Assembly: GCA_965215015.1 (NCBI GenBank)
Contig: OZ244042.1
Location: 960,001 to 1,024,000 of the forward strand
DNA: 64,000 nt
From: Candidatus Poribacteria bacterium
Lineage (GTDB): Bacteria > Poribacteria > WGA-4E > PCPOR2b
Reading direction: 5' to 3'
Shown here: positions 1 through 9,681 of the stretch, piece by piece
Position numbering within the stretch: the first letter of the stretch is position 1
Layout: every line of letters begins with the position of its first letter
Notes under the pieces: model-generated
Seen by the model: only the letters and a program-made list of their open reading frames with translations
Told to the model about the DNA's origin: nothing
The model's database searches: none
Position numbers and translations under genes: made by a program

Positions 1-433
1 GTCCGCTGTGCGCCTTGTCGTGGTGCATATGATAGGTATGTGAGTTGCCCGGAAAATTCAACATGCCCCGTCCGCCATGAGGACTGAAGTTGTCATGCCC
101 TTTGGCTCGAATCGTCAGGAACGTGCCTTCCATGCGAAAGCCGTAGCACTCTTCACCCGAATAACCTGTCGCAACAAATTCGTTCATGAAGCCGAGGACA
201 ATGGGGTGGTCGGTCAATTTTTCGAGGGGTCCACCGATGGATGAGCGATGATGCTCCGGTATAGATTCGGGATCCTTTTTTAAACGGTAGCAAAAATCCC
301 GCATCTCGGCGACTTCGTCGCCGGTCAACACGCTGGGGAGGGCTATCCACCCCCGCGTGTCGAAGATGAATTTCTGGTCTTCGGTAAATTCTATTGCCGG
401 TTTGTCATCGGCGTTCGTCGTGGGTATAGGCAT
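1..433 (-). CDS. Phytanoyl-CoA dioxygenase (PhyH)-like Fe/2OG dioxygenase, 3' end outside window
   Basis: Not in ORF track. Manual translation from ATG at 433 (RBS AGGAG upstream) gives MPIPTTNADDKPAIEFTEDQKFIFDTRGWIALPSVLTGDEVAEMR...LTDHPIVLGFMNE, matching the PhyH N-terminal pattern (F..GW/Y..lp.vl). Confidence 0.7.
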   Translation of the reverse strand, partial: MPIPTTNADDKPAIEFTEDQKFIFDTRGWIALPSVLTGDEVAEMRDFCYRLKKDPESIPEHHRSSIGGPLEKLTDHPIVLGFMNEFVATGYSGEECYGFRMEGTFLTIRAKGHDNFSPHGGRGMLNFPGNSHTYHMHHDKAHSG

Positions 434-621
434 ACATACATCTCCTAATTTTGGGGATAATTCCTTGTTCGTCAGGGTTTGGTTGATTGCCCAAGTGACC
501 TTCTATGGGTGCATATGAACCTATACAAGGGCTTTGGAGAAAGTATTACTCCAATAGCATATCGTCCGCTCATTATAGCCAAACTCTCATTTTTCGACAA
601 GTGTTTTTTGAACAACGTGTA

Positions 622-745
622 GGGGGATTGTATCTGTTATAGAAATTACGCATCGGGGATCACAGGTTAGGAAACCTATGACTACGAGTTCATTGCCATT
701 GTCGTATGTCAAAGTCATATACAATATTTACACACGATTGCCCTA
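622..745. repeat. Interspersed repeat family A, copy 1
   Basis: Blocks GGGGGA.TGTATCTGTTATAGAAAT, GGGGATCACAGGTTAGGAAACC and CGTATG.CAAAGTC.TA...ATTTACA..C.ATT.CCCT recur in the same order at 7354-7555. Confidence 0.75.
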
Positions 746-878
746 GGACAGCGTGGTTTTTGTATGGATGCTCTCTTGAGTTTGTGATAAGATAGTTTTG
801 AATATATTAATGCGAGTTGCTATTCAAAGCTCCAGCGGGGCGACAAATGGACAGTTCCTTACAAGAAACAGGGTAAAC

Positions 879-1376
879 ATGAAAACATTACTAATTTTAC
901 GTCATGCAAAGTCAAGTTGGAAAGATTCGTCATTGACGGATTATGATCGTCCGCTCAACAAGCGCGGCAAACAGGATGCGCTGCGAATGGGAAGGTTTGT
1001 GCTGAAGCAGGGATTGGTGCCTGACAGGATTATCAGCTCGACCGCCAAGCGGGCGCGAAAAACGGCTACGGCAGTCGCTAAAGCGAATCATTGTGAGGAT
1101 AAGGTCGAATTGACATCGGAGTTTTATCATGCGGGACTAGGGGCATACCTCGCTGTTTTGCAAAACGTGCCGGACGCTGATCAACGGGTGATGGTGGTCG
1201 GGCATAATCCTGGGATGGAAGCACTGGTCGCCCACTTAACAGGCAGAATGGAAACGATGCCAACAGCGGCACTGGCTCACCTCGGCTTGCCGATTGACCA
1301 GTGGGCAGAATTGGATTATGAGGTACAAGGGGAGCTGTTGCATTTGTGGCGTCCAAAAGCACTCACATCAGAGTAA
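879..1376 (+). CDS. sixA: SixA-like histidine phosphatase
   Basis: MKTLLILRHAKSSW...DYDRPLNKRG, SSTAKRARKT and VVGHNPG motifs. Start moved to ATG 879. Confidence 0.85.
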   Translation: MKTLLILRHAKSSWKDSSLTDYDRPLNKRGKQDALRMGRFVLKQGLVPDRIISSTAKRARKTATAVAKANHCEDKVELTSEFYHAGLGAYLAVLQNVPDADQRVMVVGHNPGMEALVAHLTGRMETMPTAALAHLGLPIDQWAELDYEVQGELLHLWRPKALTSE

Positions 1377-1491
1377 AAGATTCACCCACAAGTTCAGAAT
1401 CTGCGTGAAGTTGCAGCCCAACGATCACCTGAATAGATGCTCAATCTGTTCAATCATAAAATGAAAAGACAACAAACGGAGGAATTAATAA

Positions 1492-2397
1492 ATGACAAAA
1501 TTTGATCTGATGAAGGGAGTTTTTGGGCTGCTTCCCACACCCTACACAGAGAACCTAGACATCCATACCAACGATCTACAGGCTGCCGCCAATTTCTGCT
1601 GTGAGTCGGGACAACACGGAATTGTTTGGCCCGTTATGGTGGGGGAGTTCTATTTCCTCGGCGAAGAGGAACGCATTCGCAACTTGGATGCCGTTCTTGA
1701 AACAGTTAATGGTAGGTTGCCGGTAGTTTTCGGATGCTCTGGCATCTCTGTGCCGCAGACGCTGCTCTACGCAAGGGCTGCACAGCGGGCGGGAGTAGAT
1801 TCGATAATTGCGATGGCACCGGCACGCACCAACGCGGCGACAGCAATAGATATGTTCAAGCGGCTTGGGGAAGTCTTTGATGGACCGATTATGGTGCAGA
1901 ACGCAGATAGTTACGCGCCGTTGACCGGGGAGCAGATTGTCCAACTCGCAGAGGATGTCCCGCAGATTGAATATGTCAAGGAGGAGAGGCAACCGGGACC
2001 GCAGCACATTGGCGAAGTCAAGCAGTTGGCTGGAGATCGGATCAAGACCATCTTCGGAGGAGCTGCCGGTAAGGTGCTGCCGGCGGAGATGACGCGCGGG
2101 GCTGATGGTTGTATGCCCGCCTGTGAATTTGCTGATTTGCTAGCAAAGATTATGGAGCTTTGGTGGGCAGGTGACGAGACTGGCGCGCGGGAGCTACATA
2201 CCCGCTTGCTGCCCCTGATTAATCTGGAAAACCATCAGTTTGTCCGTTATATTCTCAAACGCAGAGGCGTCTTAACCTCTATGGCGGAACGGGCACCTGC
2301 GCCTCATGAGTTGGATGCGGCGGATAAGCGCGAAATCTCCATCCTGCTAAAGGCGGTCGAAAACGACATTGACGCTTACCCTTTCGGCGCGGAATAA
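1492..2397 (+). CDS. Dihydrodipicolinate synthase-family aldolase/dehydratase
   Basis: LPTPY, GEF...EER, GRLPVVFG and Schiff-base Lys in YVKEE. Gln (MVQN) replaces the canonical Tyr. Confidence 0.85.
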   Translation: MTKFDLMKGVFGLLPTPYTENLDIHTNDLQAAANFCCESGQHGIVWPVMVGEFYFLGEEERIRNLDAVLETVNGRLPVVFGCSGISVPQTLLYARAAQRAGVDSIIAMAPARTNAATAIDMFKRLGEVFDGPIMVQNADSYAPLTGEQIVQLAEDVPQIEYVKEERQPGPQHIGEVKQLAGDRIKTIFGGAAGKVLPAEMTRGADGCMPACEFADLLAKIMELWWAGDETGARELHTRLLPLINLENHQFVRYILKRRGVLTSMAERAPAPHELDAADKREISILLKAVENDIDAYPFGAE

Positions 2398-2560
2398 TGA
2401 ACTTGTAGATGAACTGCCTCACCATTTTAATGCGAACCGGCACAATTCAGAGCAAGCAAGATCTGCTTGACTATCCTATATGTGAATGGTCAAATGCCCA
2501 CCTGCCTGCTTGCTCCCGTTTGCGTGTGAAATTCCCGGTCCACACTGTCCTTCCGGCGTT

Positions 2561-3610
2561 TTAGTCTATATCTACACCCAGCGACTCGGCAAGTGCCTCT
2601 AGCCTTTCCCAGAGCGCATCAGCGATAGGGATGCCCTCGCGTCCGCGAGTCGCTTCCGCACACGCTTCAAGGTCACCGGGGAGCAGAACCTCGTCGAAAC
2701 CGGGTGCCGGAGGTACGGATCGGATCTGCTTTCCTAAATCCTCGATTCGCGTCGAGTAATCCGCCAACGACTGAAACAGATCCGCCTTCATAACCATCAT
2801 GGTAACCCCGGAGTGGCGGAAAATGGGACCACCCCGTTTATCTTCGTCCGAAAAGGCATCTGCTCCGGACAAGATTCGTCCAAAGAATTCCACCGCCAGC
2901 ATCAGAGCATAGCCTTTGTGCCCGCCAAACGGAAGCAACGAACCGCCGTCTAGATAATCCATCGGATTTGTCGAAGGATTGCCATCTTTGTCAACAATGC
3001 TGCCCGGTGGTAGTTGTACATTTCTATCTCTCGCCGTGAGGACCTTACTTCCCGCAACGACTGTCGTGGCATAATCGATGATCATTGGGGGACCATCACC
3101 GACAGGGAAACCCATGCCAATAGGGTTCGTACTCAGAACTGGTTGCCGCCCCCCATAGGGAACAGCGACCGGCTGTTCTGCACCGAACCCACCCGCCCAG
3201 ATTATTGATAGCATCTCTTTGGCGGCTGCGATTTCAGCGTATTCGCCCAGACGCCCGATATGGTTTATCTGAACAGCACTTACGACCGCCACGTTGTGAC
3301 TTTCAGCCTTCTTTATTGCAACCTCCATCGCATACTTCGCCGTCACATGCCCAAAGGTCCAGTTGCCTGTTATGAGGGCACTTGTGGCGTCCTCCTGCCG
3401 GATTTGGGGCCAAGCGGTGGGAACAATTTCACCGGCTTGAATCTTCTCGACATAGCTCGGCAGGTGCAGAATGCCGTGCGTATCAACGCCGCGTAAGGTC
3501 GATAAAACCAACGCTTCCGCAACACGGTTGGCGTTACGCTCATTGGCTCCCGCGGCTAGCAGTGCCTCGCGGATGAATTTGTCAAGTTGAGCAGCTGTTT
3601 TTATAACCAT
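2561..3610 (-). CDS. Ldh_2 (type-2 malate/L-lactate/sulfolactate dehydrogenase) family oxidoreductase
   Basis: RGVDTHG, NHIGRLGEY, STNPI, IDYATT, PFGGHKGYAL and VLLPG motifs. RBS GAGGAG before ATG 3610. Confidence 0.9.
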   Translation of the reverse strand: MVIKTAAQLDKFIREALLAAGANERNANRVAEALVLSTLRGVDTHGILHLPSYVEKIQAGEIVPTAWPQIRQEDATSALITGNWTFGHVTAKYAMEVAIKKAESHNVAVVSAVQINHIGRLGEYAEIAAAKEMLSIIWAGGFGAEQPVAVPYGGRQPVLSTNPIGMGFPVGDGPPMIIDYATTVVAGSKVLTARDRNVQLPPGSIVDKDGNPSTNPMDYLDGGSLLPFGGHKGYALMLAVEFFGRILSGADAFSDEDKRGGPIFRHSGVTMMVMKADLFQSLADYSTRIEDLGKQIRSVPPAPGFDEVLLPGDLEACAEATRGREGIPIADALWERLEALAESLGVDID

Positions 3611-3659
3611 TATTAAAATCCTCCTCAGAATAGTGCCAATCACCAACAAAATCAGGTTC

Positions 3660-3711
3660 GCTCATGTTAAGAAATCGTGCAAAGCCTCCGAGTTTTGCCG
3701 AAAAAACTCGG
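3660..3711. repeat. MITE-like repeat family B (partial copy)
   Basis: GCTCATGTTAAGAAATC end plus internal CCGAGTTTT...AAAACTCGG palindrome, also seen at 27079-27161, 28202-28290 and 42452-42505. Confidence 0.7.
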
Positions 3712-3925
3712 AGCCTCTAAGCTGCTTCGCCCTTTCTTCTCATAAGGTTTTGGTTACAACGTTAGATTTAGATGGGTGTTCCGTGCATAAGCTTTCGCAG
3801 TTTCCGTGTAGGCTATCCAAGTAGAGTTACCTGTCGATTCAGGTTATAACTATAGCATGTATCCGTGACACAATCAATCGGATTCGGAGATGGCTTCCCG
3901 TGGGGAGGGACATGTGTAAAACCTC

Positions 3926-3955
3926 TTGACGGAGTAGCTGATGCCGTGCTAGGAT
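3926..3955 (+). promoter_or_regulatory. Putative sigma70 promoter of the Gfo-GNAT-nitrilase operon
   Basis: TTGACG-N18-TAGGAT with TG upstream of -10, about 65 bp before the start codon. Confidence 0.45.
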
Positions 3956-4019
3956 ACACCAAGCGATAATTGTGGTTAGCTTCTATTTTTTATTATTAGA
4001 TAACAAGGAGGAGTTCAGC

Positions 4020-5114
4020 TTGGCTAAAAAATTCAGAGTTGGTATTATTGCAAGCGGCCGTATTGCTCGTTCACACGGTCAAGGTTGGACAGAATGTAAT
4101 CGCACCGAAATCGTTGCGATCGCCGATTTCCACCCTGATGCACTAGCAGATTATGCACGGGATTTTAATGTTAAAAGCCAGTATCTCGATTATCGGGAGA
4201 TGATGGAAAAGGAAGATCTTGACATCGTCAGTGTCTGCTCTTGGAATCCGCAACACGCTGAGATGACGATTGCGGCAGCGGTTCAAAGACCTCAAGTGAT
4301 ACTCTGCGAGAAACCGATGGCTTGCTCGCTCGGAGAAGCCGAAGCAATGATGATCGCTTGTGAACGCAACGGAGTCAAATTTGCGATTGGTCATCAACGT
4401 CGTTTCTATTCTTCGTGGCAGGAAGCGAGGCGCCTCCTTGAGGATGGTGCCATCGGCGAACCCCGCCGGCTTTGGTCCTCGGTGAGAGCGGGGATGCTGA
4501 ACACAGGGACCCACTGTGTTGATTTCCAACTCTTTGTCCTAGGAAACCCACAGGCGGAGTGGGTCATGGGTTCCGTGGAACGTAAAACCGATCACTATCT
4601 CTTCGGACATCGGGTCGAAGACCGCTGCTGCGCGCTGATTGGGTATCCCAACGACGTTGAAGGTGTTATTGAGAACGAGGTCCCTATCAGTGGTGGACTC
4701 TATCAAGTCGGTGCTACGATATACGGCAGCGATGGCATGATGGATGTCAACGATAATAGCTTGAAATATATGACCCCTAATAAGGCTGGTTGGCAGGTGT
4801 TTGAGCCAACTGAAAAAAATCGGACTGGGTATGGTAGCGCATTTACAAGTCAGGCGTATGCAATCTGCGACTGGATTGATGGCAAAATTGATGACTATCC
4901 GGGGCAAGCAAAGTATGGGAAGGCTGCTCTGGAGATTATGATGGCGGTCTACGAATCAGCCCGTATGCACGAGCGGGTAAGACTGCCCCTAGAGACCCGT
5001 GCCAATCCACTGGATGTGGCGGTGGAAACCGGCGTTATTCCAGTCGAACGTCCCGGTCAATGGGACGAACGCTCTTTCTTGGTGCGCGGTGAATCAATGA
5101 CTTGGATCAAATAA
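4020..5114 (+). CDS. Gfo/Idh/MocA family oxidoreductase
   Basis: VGIIASGRIA Rossmann start, LCEKPMA, GHQRRF and GTHCVD. TTG start after AAGGAGGAG. Confidence 0.9.
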   Translation: MAKKFRVGIIASGRIARSHGQGWTECNRTEIVAIADFHPDALADYARDFNVKSQYLDYREMMEKEDLDIVSVCSWNPQHAEMTIAAAVQRPQVILCEKPMACSLGEAEAMMIACERNGVKFAIGHQRRFYSSWQEARRLLEDGAIGEPRRLWSSVRAGMLNTGTHCVDFQLFVLGNPQAEWVMGSVERKTDHYLFGHRVEDRCCALIGYPNDVEGVIENEVPISGGLYQVGATIYGSDGMMDVNDNSLKYMTPNKAGWQVFEPTEKNRTGYGSAFTSQAYAICDWIDGKIDDYPGQAKYGKAALEIMMAVYESARMHERVRLPLETRANPLDVAVETGVIPVERPGQWDERSFLVRGESMTWIK

Positions 5115-5129
5115 GCTGCAAGGTACAGC

Positions 5130-5705
5130 ATGAGCGTTCTGGAGGTACAAATCATCACGCTCTCACCCAACGATGAACGGGCTATCGAGCAGGTTGCTGC
5201 ATTGTTGATTGAGGGATTTAAAGGACACTCGCCAAACGCTTGGTCCAACATGGCAACTGCTTTGGAGGAGGTACGAGAATCCTTTGGGGAAGATTGGATC
5301 AGCTGTATCGCCGTTGACCATAACGGTGAGATTATAGGTTGGATTGGTGGTTTGAGTCTGTATGATGGGAATGTCTGGGAAATCCATCTATTGGTCGTTA
5401 AACCGAGCCGACAAGGGGGTGGGATTGGGCGGCAGCTTGTCCGCGATTTTGAGAACCTTGTCCGAACACGAGGGGGTTTGACAATTTGGGTTGGGGCTGA
5501 TGATGAGGACGATATGACAACCCTTGCAGGGGTTGACCTTTACGCAAATGCCCTTGAGCATTTGGCACAAATCAAAAACTTGCGCCGCCACCCATACGAG
5601 TTTTATCAGAAACTCGGTTTTGTCATCACAGGTGTGATGCCCGATGCCAACGGGCGTGGAAAGGCGGACATCTTCCTCGCAAAGCGGGTTGCTCCTGATT
5701 GCTAA
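5130..5705 (+). CDS. GNAT acetyltransferase, AAC(6')-Ia-like
   Basis: GWIGG..YDGNVWEIH.LVV, QGGGIGRQL, GADDEDDMT.L..VDLY and HPYEFYQKLGF.I.GV.PDANG.GK.DI.LAK, all characteristic of the AAC(6')-Ia family. Confidence 0.85.
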   Translation: MSVLEVQIITLSPNDERAIEQVAALLIEGFKGHSPNAWSNMATALEEVRESFGEDWISCIAVDHNGEIIGWIGGLSLYDGNVWEIHLLVVKPSRQGGGIGRQLVRDFENLVRTRGGLTIWVGADDEDDMTTLAGVDLYANALEHLAQIKNLRRHPYEFYQKLGFVITGVMPDANGRGKADIFLAKRVAPDC

Positions 5706-5728
5706 ACAATCATAAAGGAGGAAATAGT

Positions 5729-6607
5729 ATGAACAACAATACAATCCGAGTCGCATCGATCGCAATGCACAGCGTCATGGGCGATCCGTCAGCAAACTTG
5801 ATACGCGTAGCAGAGTGGGCACACAAAGCACATGCTCAAGGGGCGAACTTTGGAATCTTCCCGGAAGAGTGTCTCACCGGGTCAATGAACAAGTCCGACC
5901 TGACGTTTGAGGAGGCGCGGCAGATTGCAGGAGCGGCGGCAAAAGAATCGGTGCCATTTCTGGAATCTCTCTCTCGTAAACTACAGATGACGCTTGTAGT
6001 TGGTACGATTGAGCTGTTCGGTGACCACCTTCGTAACAGTGCCCTCATTGTGGGACCCGAGGGATATCTGGCAACCTTTTCAAAACTCCATCTGCCCAAT
6101 CCCAATGAGCGAGAATGGTTTGTGCCCGGCGATACGTTTCCGGTAGTTGTCTCGCAGGGGTGGACGTTTGGGGTGGGAATCTGTTACGATTTGCGTTTTC
6201 CCGAACTTTTTCGGAGCGCGGCGCAGAAAGGGGCAGAACTTTTCTTTATCCCCGTTGGCGGCAGCGGGGCAATCGAGAAGATTTCCGCCGATGGAGGTCA
6301 GCGTGAGCAAGCCGAGTTTCACAAGGAGTTGGCAATGCAATTGCTACCCGCGCGTGCGGTTGATAATGCCCTCCATATCTTCTATGCGAATCAGTCGGGG
6401 CACAGCGGCAATGCTTGGTTTCCCGGATTATGCTTGGCGATAGATCCGAACGGAAAACTGATTGATGAATATCTCCCAGATGAAGGGATGATTGTCACAA
6501 AAGTAAAAAGGGAGGTGACGGATAGGGCAAGGGCTTCTGCTAGCTGTACAGTTGATGAGGCGCGGCCCGCAATCTACGAGGCAGCCCGACTTGTGGCAGG
6601 AGAATAG
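5729..6607 (+). CDS. Carbon-nitrogen hydrolase (nitrilase superfamily)
   Basis: Catalytic triad FPE, K in FSKLHL and C in GICYDLRFPE. ATG 5729 after AAGGAGG. Confidence 0.9.
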   Translation: MNNNTIRVASIAMHSVMGDPSANLIRVAEWAHKAHAQGANFGIFPEECLTGSMNKSDLTFEEARQIAGAAAKESVPFLESLSRKLQMTLVVGTIELFGDHLRNSALIVGPEGYLATFSKLHLPNPNEREWFVPGDTFPVVVSQGWTFGVGICYDLRFPELFRSAAQKGAELFFIPVGGSGAIEKISADGGQREQAEFHKELAMQLLPARAVDNALHIFYANQSGHSGNAWFPGLCLAIDPNGKLIDEYLPDEGMIVTKVKREVTDRARASASCTVDEARPAIYEAARLVAGE

Positions 6608-7089
6608 CTCTCTCGCCTATCTAACCAATAGATCGTTTGAAATATCTGCCCATCCCGCAGTGGTATTGCCTGCTTACCCTTCACAATTTTAATGACATGC
6701 GCCGCCGATTGTCGCATATCCCCATCCTTCGATTGGCTCAGAATTTCTCTAACCTTTGGTAAAACCTCTTTCTCACCCAATACCCCAAGCACAAGGGCTA
6801 TCCTATTATCCCACTCAACAGATTGCTTCTGATTAGTAGTGAACTTGCTTCGCTTAGTAGCTTTGGCGCGCTGCCTTATCTCGCGTAATTGATTTTTGCC
6901 GACCTGTTCTACAGAGAACATATATTGCTTTTTAAAGTATTCTTCTTCGCTAATATATCCATTTTCTATCAACTTACCCGATGGAGATTTTCGCATCTCA
7001 TCTGCTAATGCTGAGAGGAATAACTTAATTTTAGTTTCGTTACTAGTATCCTTCATTTTCACTAAACCACGAAATGCTTGAGCTCTCAC
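6574..7089 (-). pseudogene. C-terminal remnant of a HEAT-repeat-like protein
   Basis: IALVLGVLGEKEVLPKVREILSQSKDGDMRQSAAHVI is HEAT-like. An in-frame TAG lies just upstream, followed by a repeat element. AT-rich. Confidence 0.45.
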
Positions 7090-7129
7090 CGAATGGACCT
7101 ACCTAGATCTTTGTTGAATCTATACTGAA

Positions 7130-7320
7130 TAGGACTTACGCAGTTGAAGGCTCAAAGCCAACACCAGAAAAGGTCGCGCAATGTTCAGGGTGGGTTGAGC
7201 CATGACTCTAGCACAAGAGTCACGGTATCCTCGGCGATTTATCGCCGCTGGACACCGTTTCCAACGCCCAATGAATCGGGCAACTATAGCAGAAACTCCC
7301 TACGGAAGTACGTAACTCCC
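7130..7320. repeat. REP-containing element with TAGGACTTACGCAGTTGA end
   Basis: TAGGACTTACGCAGTTGA also at 22740. The internal CGGCGATTTATCGCCG / ATGAATCGGGCAACTA pair also occurs at 52593-52650. Confidence 0.7.
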
Positions 7321-7353
7321 ACGACAAAGAAAAGAATATTCAGGAGATTAAGT

Positions 7354-7555
7354 GGGGGAACTGTATCTGTTATAGAAATAAGGCAACCGACTAATCAGAA
7401 CCTGGGGGAATCACTATCGTGGCGCAGTGCCTGACTTCGACGAAGCCGAAGTTGCCTAAGCTGTGGGGATCACAGGTTAGGAAACCAGGGGCTACTATTA
7501 GATTTCCATTACCGTATGCCAAAGTCCTACACACTATTTACATGCAATTACCCTG
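7354..7555. repeat. Interspersed repeat family A, copy 2
   Basis: Shares ordered blocks with 622-745 but has a longer interior. Confidence 0.75.
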
Positions 7556-7572
7556 GGAGATTAAGTAAGCAA

Positions 7573-8910
7573 TTAGAACGCCCCGGAACGTTTGGCTTCT
7601 TTGGCTTTCTCCTCATCCACAAAGGCGAGCAAAATCAGACCCACAATGAAGAAGACTATCAGTGAAATGATAGCTAATCTTGATGTTCCGGTAATTTGCC
7701 GTATGAGGGCAAATACCAAGGGGCCCCAAATCGCTGAGAACTTGCTAAAGACGGAATAAAACCCGTAAAATTCAGCAGAGGCTTCCTTGGGAATCATTGC
7801 CCCATAAAAAGAACGACTGAGTGCCTGCGAACCGCCGAGCACAATTCCCACAACGACACCCAAGATGAAAAATTCCGTAACGGTATGTAGAAAATAGGCG
7901 TAGATGACAACCCCGCTCCAAAGGAGTAAGGCTAACATCAAAGCCCGCTTTGCACCAATCTTACCGGCGATTCTACCGAATAGTAAGGCACCGCCGGCAG
8001 CGATAATCTGAATCATTAGCAACGTGACCATCAAAACCGTTGCAGAAAATTTCAATTCTTCGGTTCCATAGATTGCTGCCATACTGATGACTGTCTGAAC
8101 ACCATCGTTATAGATCATGAACGCAATTAAGAATAGTAGCAGATGTTCAAAGCGTCGAACCTTTTTAATCGTTGCGAAAGTTCGCGTTATTCCAATGGCG
8201 GCATAAGCGACTATTTTCGGTTGCGATTGGTACTTTTCTGGCACCACCTCTATCGCTCCGGTCTCTATCAGGTTTTTGAGCGTGAAGAGTGTAAAACCCG
8301 CCCACCATAAGCCTGCCATTCCTAGCCCAATACGGGCTGCGAGCCCTTGACCGACCCCGATGATTCCACCTCCTGCGACCAGTCCCAACGTGATGGCAAA
8401 TTGTAACCCGCCGCCGATGTACCCATAGGAAAACCCTTTGCTGGATACCCAGTCTATTCTATCCTCGGATGCAATCTGAGGCAAAAACGCATCATAGAAA
8501 ACATTTGCCCCCACATATCCAATCTGTGCGGTCAGAAATAGGATGGCGGTCTGCCATACATCTCCGGGCTGACAGAAGTAGAGAAGCGTTGTGCTGATGC
8601 TGCCCGTATAGGCAAATGTAATCAGGAACTTTTTCTTGGAGGAAGAGAAGTCTGATATGGCACCGAGAACTGGGGCAAATAGAAATACAAACAGTGCCGC
8701 GGCACTGACCAGATACCCCCAGAGGGCATCTGCGCTGACAACGGTGTTGCCGATGGGGACACCCCCTTTGCTCACAATTCTGGAGGCGAAGTAGATCGGC
8801 AATACCCCCGCCACCACCGTGGTTGCATAGGCAGAATTTGCCCAATCATACATGCACCAACCGAAAATCTGGGGACCGCTTGAAATATTGTGCGGATTTT
8901 TCTCCTGCAT
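7573..8910 (-). CDS. MFS transporter (UMF1/Atg22/BtlA-like)
   Basis: WCMYDWANSAY, NVFYDAFLP, SSKGFSYGYIGG, YNDGVQTV and GGSQALSRS; about 12 TM segments. Confidence 0.9.
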   Translation of the reverse strand: MQEKNPHNISSGPQIFGWCMYDWANSAYATTVVAGVLPIYFASRIVSKGGVPIGNTVVSADALWGYLVSAAALFVFLFAPVLGAISDFSSSKKKFLITFAYTGSISTTLLYFCQPGDVWQTAILFLTAQIGYVGANVFYDAFLPQIASEDRIDWVSSKGFSYGYIGGGLQFAITLGLVAGGGIIGVGQGLAARIGLGMAGLWWAGFTLFTLKNLIETGAIEVVPEKYQSQPKIVAYAAIGITRTFATIKKVRRFEHLLLFLIAFMIYNDGVQTVISMAAIYGTEELKFSATVLMVTLLMIQIIAAGGALLFGRIAGKIGAKRALMLALLLWSGVVIYAYFLHTVTEFFILGVVVGIVLGGSQALSRSFYGAMIPKEASAEFYGFYSVFSKFSAIWGPLVFALIRQITGTSRLAIISLIVFFIVGLILLAFVDEEKAKEAKRSGAF

Positions 8911-8915
8911 TTGTG

Positions 8916-9656
8916 TTATCCGTTAGTTTTTTTAGTATAGGACGCTTTTGGGGGAAGGGATCTTAACCAATCACCAATTAAGAAAGGGGAGTAGACGCCG
9001 AAGAAAAGGATGAAAGCCACGCCCTCTAAAATGGGTATATACCAGGGCCAGGGCGCGAAGAAGAAGGGAGATTGCGTATCCGGCGGCTCACAAATGAACA
9101 TGTAGTTAGATTTCAATAACAGATTGACACCCGCGATAACTACCATATAGAGATTGGCAAGCAAGAATGAGCGCAATAAGCCTTTGAGAGTGGGGCGCAT
9201 TTTCAACCCCCACGTAGCAAACAGCACACTGACAACAATGCCACCATGTGCAATAAAATATTGAAAAAAACGGTAGTGCGGGAAATCGGCCCAAAGTTGA
9301 GGTGTGATAATGGCGTTTAATGTACCGACGAGCCCCCAGAAATAACCGATTTCATAAAAGGTCTGATTCCGACGCAACAACGCGAACACCACCACAAAGA
9401 CTACAACGCCGCAGATGTGGAGGGGCAGGTGCCGCTGCAGAAATTCGCTGAACGATTGCACCGTTGCCATGCGGTAGCCCCAATACCCAGCTTCATTGAC
9501 GATTAATGTCGCGCCCAAAAGGTAGCGAATCACATCCGTCATGACTGATGAATTCACTTTCCTCACCAGCACCGTCAGCACAATGGGCAGCGTGATTGTC
9601 AGTATCAGCACGACAATATGAGAAATGCCAAGAAATTGAAATTCAGAGGTTGGCAC
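8916..9656 (-). CDS. YwaF/TIGR02206 family integral membrane protein
   Basis: LPLHIC, FPHYRFFQYFIAHG, SNYMF and PWPWYI motifs. Confidence 0.85.
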   Translation of the reverse strand: MPTSEFQFLGISHIVVLILTITLPIVLTVLVRKVNSSVMTDVIRYLLGATLIVNEAGYWGYRMATVQSFSEFLQRHLPLHICGVVVFVVVFALLRRNQTFYEIGYFWGLVGTLNAIITPQLWADFPHYRFFQYFIAHGGIVVSVLFATWGLKMRPTLKGLLRSFLLANLYMVVIAGVNLLLKSNYMFICEPPDTQSPFFFAPWPWYIPILEGVAFILFFGVYSPFLIGDWLRSLPPKASYTKKTNG

Positions 9657-9681
9657 GGTTACTCATCTCTCGCTCGTCCAT

